The notes below the pieces were generated by a model. The model worked only from the letters and a program-made list of their open reading frames with translations. It was not told the DNA's origin and searched no databases. The position numbers and the translations under genes are program-made. 25,822 nucleotides of DNA from contig NIVC01000531.1 of assembly GCA_002269645.1 (NCBI GenBank), forward strand, positions 1 through 25,822, read 5' to 3'. This DNA comes from Macrostomum lignano (Eukaryota). How positions within the stretch are numbered: the first letter of the stretch is position 1; the number at the start of each line of letters is the position of its first letter. This document shows positions 21,474 to 25,822 of this stretch, one piece after another.

Positions 21474-21812
21474 ATGGAAGTGCTTGATTCATATGCAAGT
21501 CTTTTTGCGGTTCTTGCGTCACCTAAATATACCGTGCGCTTCAAGCGGCTGTTGATAAAAAATTGTCCAAAAGAAGTGCGTTATTTTCTTGTCGAGGCCT
21601 GCCATAATCTCTTACAAAACAATCTATCGTTTTCGCTCGATGAAAAAGCTGTTCTTGCAAAGTCAAAAGAGATAATTCGAAAAATTACTCACAAAAGAAG
21701 AAAGACAGACTTGTTGAAGGCTGGCTTCATCAAAATACTCCCGATTCTGCTTAAGCTGGTAAAGAAGAAGAAGCAAAATGAACAAATTTTCAGAAATGGT
21801 TCTGATTCCTAA
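21474..21812 (+). CDS. Conserved small helical Polinton protein of unknown function (PW/PZ-type; exact name not assignable), 112 aa
   Basis: LLIKNCPKEVRYFLVEACHNLLQNNLSFS..EK..L.K.K.IIRKI...RRK..LLKAGFIKILPILL resembles the Polinton family pattern (I.E...N+L.GN+.L...K..L.K+K..LR.L). First ATG at 21474; the tracked start 21444 is TTG. Confidence 0.65.
   Translation: MEVLDSYASLFAVLASPKYTVRFKRLLIKNCPKEVRYFLVEACHNLLQNNLSFSLDEKAVLAKSKEIIRKITHKRRKTDLLKAGFIKILPILLKLVKKKKQNEQIFRNGSDS
21750..21755 (+). promoter_or_regulatory. CTTAAG box, 46 nt upstream of in-frame ATG 21796
   Basis: Recurrent element motif at conserved spacing. Confidence 0.4.
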
Positions 21813-22470
21813 AGCAGAGTATGAGATGTTGATGCAGAATTTGAAGCCAAATGAGACTACCACTGAAGCTGACTTGAAGCAGGCTCAGAAGAAATGCGAT
21901 GACATCTTGTATGCCGAGGATTGTCCAGAAGATGTGAAAACCGCCATGTACCAAAGTGCAATGCAAAGTTTGCTGGCCAAGCGCAAGCACGCTGGAAAAG
22001 AAGGAGCACGCAATACTGAAGCCAAGTTGATGAAAACAGAGACACCCCAGATAAGCACCTGGGAAGAGAAGATCAGCAAGTCGGTGCCACAGAAATTCAA
22101 AACCAGGGCTCGCAGTCTGTGGACGATCCTGTCCACCAATCCAGAGCTGATTCGAGTTTGTGAAAACGGGGAGGTGGAAATCGCAGGCACGTCAATCCCT
22201 TCCTCAAACATACTGGACTTGATTCAGCACACAGTGAGGGATTCGCCATGTGAGCGTGAACCAGTTGGGTGGAACGAGTTCATCGATTTTCTGCAGCAGA
22301 AAAAGCTTAATGTTCCGCTTTCCGCTGTTGGTAAATCAGTTAAGAAGAAAATGGCAACCAGCAGAGGGGGTGAACTGGAGAAAGAACAGGAGAGTCTAGT
22401 CAAGGGGTACGGGAGCAACACAGCCTGGCTGAAATTGCCTGCCAGAAAAGTATATAAGAAGGTGGACTGA
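21778..22470 (+). CDS. Conserved Polinton protein of unknown function, 230 aa (possible start 21796, MVLIPK)
   Basis: MVLIP...DDIL...K..MYQ..MQ..L and ENGEVEIAGTSIPSSNILDLI...PVGWNEFIDFL...NVPLSAVG match a family I recognise from Polintons (GE+...G..IP.SNI.DL+...P.G+..F...L...NVP.S.+GN). Confidence 0.7.
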   Translation: MNKFSEMVLIPKAEYEMLMQNLKPNETTTEADLKQAQKKCDDILYAEDCPEDVKTAMYQSAMQSLLAKRKHAGKEGARNTEAKLMKTETPQISTWEEKISKSVPQKFKTRARSLWTILSTNPELIRVCENGEVEIAGTSIPSSNILDLIQHTVRDSPCEREPVGWNEFIDFLQQKKLNVPLSAVGKSVKKKMATSRGGELEKEQESLVKGYGSNTAWLKLPARKVYKKVD

Positions 22471-22483
22471 CTCCGAAATTTTC
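22451..22483 (+). promoter_or_regulatory. Candidate promoter TATATAAGAA...CCGAAATTTTC for the DEDD-like/TBP-like genes, embedded in the end of the upstream ORF
   Basis: TATATAAG at 22451 (49 nt before ATG 22500) and CCGAAATTTTC at 22473. Both motifs also occur near the PC4-like gene start (15459, 15518). Confidence 0.5.
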
Positions 22484-22499
22484 GAAGGAAAGCTGCATC

Positions 22500-22978
22500 A
22501 TGAACTACATTGACTTCCAAGGATTCCCGTGCAACAGCACAAGCAAAAAATTTGTTGTGAAGGAGTTGGCAGTTGTTCAAATCAGAGCGGGGAGCTACCA
22601 CATTGCTCACCATGTGTACGCACCTCCGTATCCATGGGAGAGAGTCTCACCTGACATGCGAGTTTACTACAGACAGCTATCTAAGAGTCTGCACCAGTTT
22701 AAGTGGAATGATGGAACCCGTCCGTACATGGAACTGGCGGAAGACATTCTGAGCATTGCCAGTGGTCCGATCTGGTCAAATGGGGAAAGGAAGTCGATTT
22801 TTCTGACTGAGCTGCTTGGAAGACAGGTTTATAACCTAGAAGATTTGGGAGCACCCTCGACTGAAGATTCAGATACTGGCTGTGCAGTGAGAAATTCGTT
22901 GCTGCACTACAGTTGGCTTAAGCCAAAGTTCTGCATCAACTTAAGAAGCGAGCAGTGTCCGTGGCACACGAGCAGTAA
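22500..22978 (+). CDS. Degenerate DEDD/RNase H-fold exonuclease-like Polinton protein, ~159 aa after correcting a probable 1-nt deletion near 22920
   Basis: YIDFQGF...FVVKELAVV...HHVYAPPYPW...HQFKWNDGTRPY...GERK...NLEDLGAP...CAVRN..L..WL. Adding one A gives WLKAKVLHQLKKRAVSVAHEQ* ending at 22978, ahead of the TBP ATG. Confidence 0.55.
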
Positions 22979-23019
22979 AGTTGGCAGAAGCAGATTTGGT
23001 GAAGAAGTTGACGATCGAA

Positions 23020-23592
23020 ATGAGCCCACCAGCTACAGCCCTAAGAGTGACCAATCTGGTTGGCGGAGTAGATCTGAGACTGGATGGTGGCAGGGGCGCT
23101 CAGCTGCCTCTACGGGAACTGGCTCTCAGCATGGCTCATGTGATCTACCGGCCCGTCTGGCCCCGGGTGCTCATCAAGCGGATGCGGATTCCCAGAGTGA
23201 CTCTCCTACTCTACCCTACTGGGCAACTGAGCATCTGCGGTGCCAAGACCCACGCAGACGCCAAAAGGGCTGCCCGTCGCTTCGTGGCTATGCTGCATCG
23301 GAGAGTGCCGGCTCAACTGCTGCCTCATCAAACAATTTGTGTTCGAATTAAAACTATTACTGCTCATGGACAGCTCCCAGTTCATTCCGCACTTTCCTTA
23401 TTAATGTTAAAATCAATTATCCCAAACGCCGAATATGAACCAGAATCCTTTTCTGCTTTAATTTTCAATTTAAACTTTTGTAAATGTCTGCTTTTTCACA
23501 GCGGCTCTTTTGTTCTCAGTGGAGCTCGGTCCTTGAATCAGTTGCATACCGATAGCATGCGTCTACTCAATGTAGTTCTTTCCATTGAATAA
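23020..23592 (+). CDS. Divergent TATA-binding protein (TBP)-like protein, 190 aa, both core repeats and almost no N-terminal tail
   Basis: Repeat 1: VTNLVGGVDL...LPLRELAL....IYRP.WPRVLIKRMRIPRVTLLLYPTGQLSICGAK...AKRAARRF. Repeat 2: EYEPESFSALIF...KCLLFHSGSFVLSGAR. These parallel TBP (LQNIVSTVNL..LDLKTIAL...[35 protein letters not shown]...AARKY / SYEPELFPGLIY...LLIFVSGKVVLTGAK). First ATG 23020; the tracked start 22981 is TTG. Confidence 0.9.
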   Translation: MSPPATALRVTNLVGGVDLRLDGGRGAQLPLRELALSMAHVIYRPVWPRVLIKRMRIPRVTLLLYPTGQLSICGAKTHADAKRAARRFVAMLHRRVPAQLLPHQTICVRIKTITAHGQLPVHSALSLLMLKSIIPNAEYEPESFSALIFNLNFCKCLLFHSGSFVLSGARSLNQLHTDSMRLLNVVLSIE

Positions 23593-23599
23593 AAATAAA
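23588..23599 (+). terminator. Tandem polyadenylation signals AATAAA-AATAAA overlapping the TBP-like stop codon
   Basis: GAATAAAAATAAAG at the end of the plus-strand gene block, followed by an AT-rich convergent intergenic region. Confidence 0.65.
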
Positions 23600-24174
23600 G
23601 TCAAGTCAAGCAATTTGCCGCAAATATTTCAATGATTAGTGAAAAGTGAATAAAAGGATAAACTTGGTATTCTTTACATTCATTTTCCCAGGCAGACAGC
23701 TATGGAACACTTCAAAAACGTATTTAGCCCATCACCAAAAGTATCGCAAAACGCATATCAAATCCGAAAGTAAACAATACTACCATCGTTATAACAAACG
23801 ATGTGCACCGAGAGAAGAGAAATAGAAAAGTGATAGAGAAAATATGATTAAAACGCTGATTGAATTTACAGGAACAATTTGTGTCAGATAAAAACCAAAA
23901 ACACATTTTAAACAAGTAGTACACAAAGCAAACAAAAATGAATTAATATTGTATGAGCGCACTTGCCACACAGCTTTATAAAAAGTAAAACTTAAATTGA
24001 TATCAATATTTCACGCCGCAAAAACAAATTGACAGCTAAATCTAGCGCAATTAGCCAAGCATACAAATTTGTAAAAGTTACTACATGCAAGTCACTACAT
24101 TTAAAACAGAATTTGGCAATTTAAACAACTCTAAAAGCAAGAAAAAGTACTAAACAGTCTGTTAAACACCCGCA

Positions 24175-25822
24175 CTAGACCAGTCGGATGCGCTTCAGCT
24201 GATCGTGGGATGCGGGCGTCAGCGCATAGTGTCCGTAGGGCAGGCTTCGATTACTGCTAAGCCACACTCGCTTATCCTCCCACACCGATAGGCTTCTTTT
24301 CTCCATGACCGACGTGAAGATTTCGTGTTTCTTGGAAACAATCGCTGTCATGGCAACCATCTGCTCTTGCTTGGACTCGAACGCGTCGACATAGTTCGCA
24401 TGCGAAATTTGCTGTCTTACTACTGACTGCTTCACGCCTTTGGCAGTTTTCTTGATCTTTGCACTCGAATTCTCGGCAGGGAGAAACGAATAAAGTTTTG
24501 GACGCAAAAGAATCCACTCCTGGTAAATTCCACCAGCAGATTCATCTTTAACGCAGCCCAGCTTTCCTTTTAACTCTTCAGAGAAATGCGGATGGTCTCG
24601 AGAATAGTTGGATGTGTCAAGTATTTTTTCCTCTCTAAGCTTCGGGATTACCTCCGATGTTAAATCATGATTCTTGAAAGCTAGAAAAAATGAGTCAGTA
24701 TCACCTCCGCAAAGCATCATGTCTCTGGAACCGTCTGAATGACAGAACAGCGGTCGGAGCCTGTCATATAGTAGGCTGTACATGGCCATCTTAGAGAGAT
24801 CGAGAACTGCCTGGCCAACGAAAATGGCCTTGTCAAGCGTGACTTTATCTTTTTTGAGCTGAAAAATGCTCAACGACTCATTGATAATCGAGAATGCGGC
24901 ACAGTTTGGTCGAGAGGCGCAAGTTTCTGCTTGAGTCTGGTTAGTGCAAATTCGAACATCGCATCTTTTTCGAACGTTCTCATAGTTTTTCCAAAGAGAG
25001 AATTGTTTTTCAATTTGTAAAAATCCTTAGCAAACTCGGAAGTTGCCAAAGCTCTTTTTTCATTGTTGCTGGCAATGTACGGCGCGAAAATATTTTCCTG
25101 CTTGAACGAAATCATTTTTTTGACGCACTTGATCCGCATTCCGTGTTGCAGGTAAAATCTTAAAACGGTGCTGTGAACTACGTAAGAATCCTTGTCGGTA
25201 CAGGTGAGTAGAAGCTTCTCCGTTGCTTGAAACTTAGCTTCAGCATTGCCAGTTCGCTGTTCAGCAATCTCTTTCCATAGTTCGGCCATGTACGGCGAGA
25301 ATTGATCTGGCTGTGGTTTTGATTTTTCAGGTGCAAACGGTAACTCCTGAGTCGAATCGTGAATCTCAGCTGGGTATTCTAGATCGAGTTGAACAAGGTA
25401 GGCGATCTCGGCTTCTGGATTTGAGTGACAGAAACCGATTGGAGTCCCAGAACTGGATTTCCTGTTCCGGTACCCACCTGAATTCCCTGCATGAAGCGGA
25501 AGCGACAGGGCAAAGCCATACAAGTTGTTCATATCGATCGCATGAGGCTTACACTCTCTTGCTGATCATCATAACCTGGCAAGCTAGGTTTACCTTTGAC
25601 GCAATGCACATTAATGAAGGACATGCCTCCTCGTATTCCCTTCTCAAACAGATGATCATGTCAGCATCAGTCAGGCTGCTCTAGAACCACTCCAGTCGAC
25701 TTTAGAGCTGAGTCGTAAGACAAACCAGGAGTAGTAAAGTAGTGTACCGGATCCAATCCGTCCTCTTTCAGACTGGCCTGTCGGAATGTCTCGAAAATGT
25801 CAGCCAGCTGCCTTACATCCAT
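24175..25822 (-). CDS. POLB: Protein-primed family B DNA polymerase (pPolB), C-terminal part; 5' end lies beyond the window; ~4 single-base frameshifts
   Basis: Read across frames: DVRQLADIFETFR (ExoIII), GLDPVHYFTTPGLSYDSALK, EKGIRGGMSFI, motif A IDMNNLYG, motif B KLKNNSLFGKTMENVRKR, motif C GGDTDS, LRPKLYS, KTAKGV. Frameshifts near 25672, 25657, 25541 and 24981. Confidence 0.95.

Larger units (their letters stand above)
14790..25822. mobile_element. Maverick/Polinton (polintovirus/adintovirus-like endogenous viral element), left part; extends past the right edge of the window
   Basis: Co-occurrence of the hallmark genes: rve integrase, pPolB, adenain-like protease, A32/FtsK-like ATPase, major and minor capsid proteins. 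Also subterminal tandem repeats and an AGT-repeat candidate terminus. The left boundary is inferred. Confidence 0.95.

Noticed and set aside
15739-22613. Antisense and alternative-frame ORFs over the PC4, integrase, capsid, core and other genes
   Set aside because: Shadows of real coding sequence, with no family motifs.
22979-23351. 283-aa DEDD-like ORF overprinting TBP, or a DEDD-TBP fusion
   Set aside because: The extension is low-complexity. A single missing A near 22920, the same error type seen elsewhere, ends the protein at 22978. A fusion would need the opposite frameshift.
23724-23971. Small hydrophobic membrane-protein ORFs in the convergent intergenic region
   Set aside because: GTG starts, and the hydrophobicity is explained by the T-rich minus strand; more likely 3' UTR or termination DNA.
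24175-25822. polB (and ATPase) as true pseudogenes
   Set aside because: Only single-base indels, with no nonsense codons and intact motifs; sequencing error is more parsimonious but unproven.

Overview
Eukaryotic (probably invertebrate metazoan) genomic DNA in three parts. (1) 1-12376: a ~560-copy tandem satellite of a 22-bp unit (GAATGATGACCTGCTTGTTTGA) with higher-order structure. It runs directly into a ~260-bp decayed fragment resembling the post-RT C-terminus of an RTE-type non-LTR retrotransposon on the minus strand. (2) ~12650-14789: unassigned single-copy-looking DNA. (3) 14790 to the window end: the left ~11 kb of a Maverick/Polinton (adintovirus-like endogenous virus). It has a candidate AGTAGTAG terminus and two subterminal hairpin-repeat arrays. 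Plus-strand genes follow: tandem PC4-like protein, chromodomain DDE integrase, minor capsid, basic core protein, major capsid, adenain-like protease, packaging ATPase, two conserved Polinton ORFs, a DEDD-like ORF and a divergent TATA-binding-protein (TBP) homologue. A convergent protein-primed PolB is cut by the window edge. The seven frameshifts I infer are single-base indels, mostly in short base runs, with no in-frame stops, so they look like long-read errors and the element may be intact. Most notable: the element encodes its own TBP-like and PC4-like factors. All 8 CTTAAG hexamers I found in the element (6 as CTTAAGAA) lie within ~110 nt upstream of a gene start, several at 44-46 nt. This suggests an element-specific promoter box read by an element-encoded TBP. 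All family calls are by-eye motif recognition; no database search was run.
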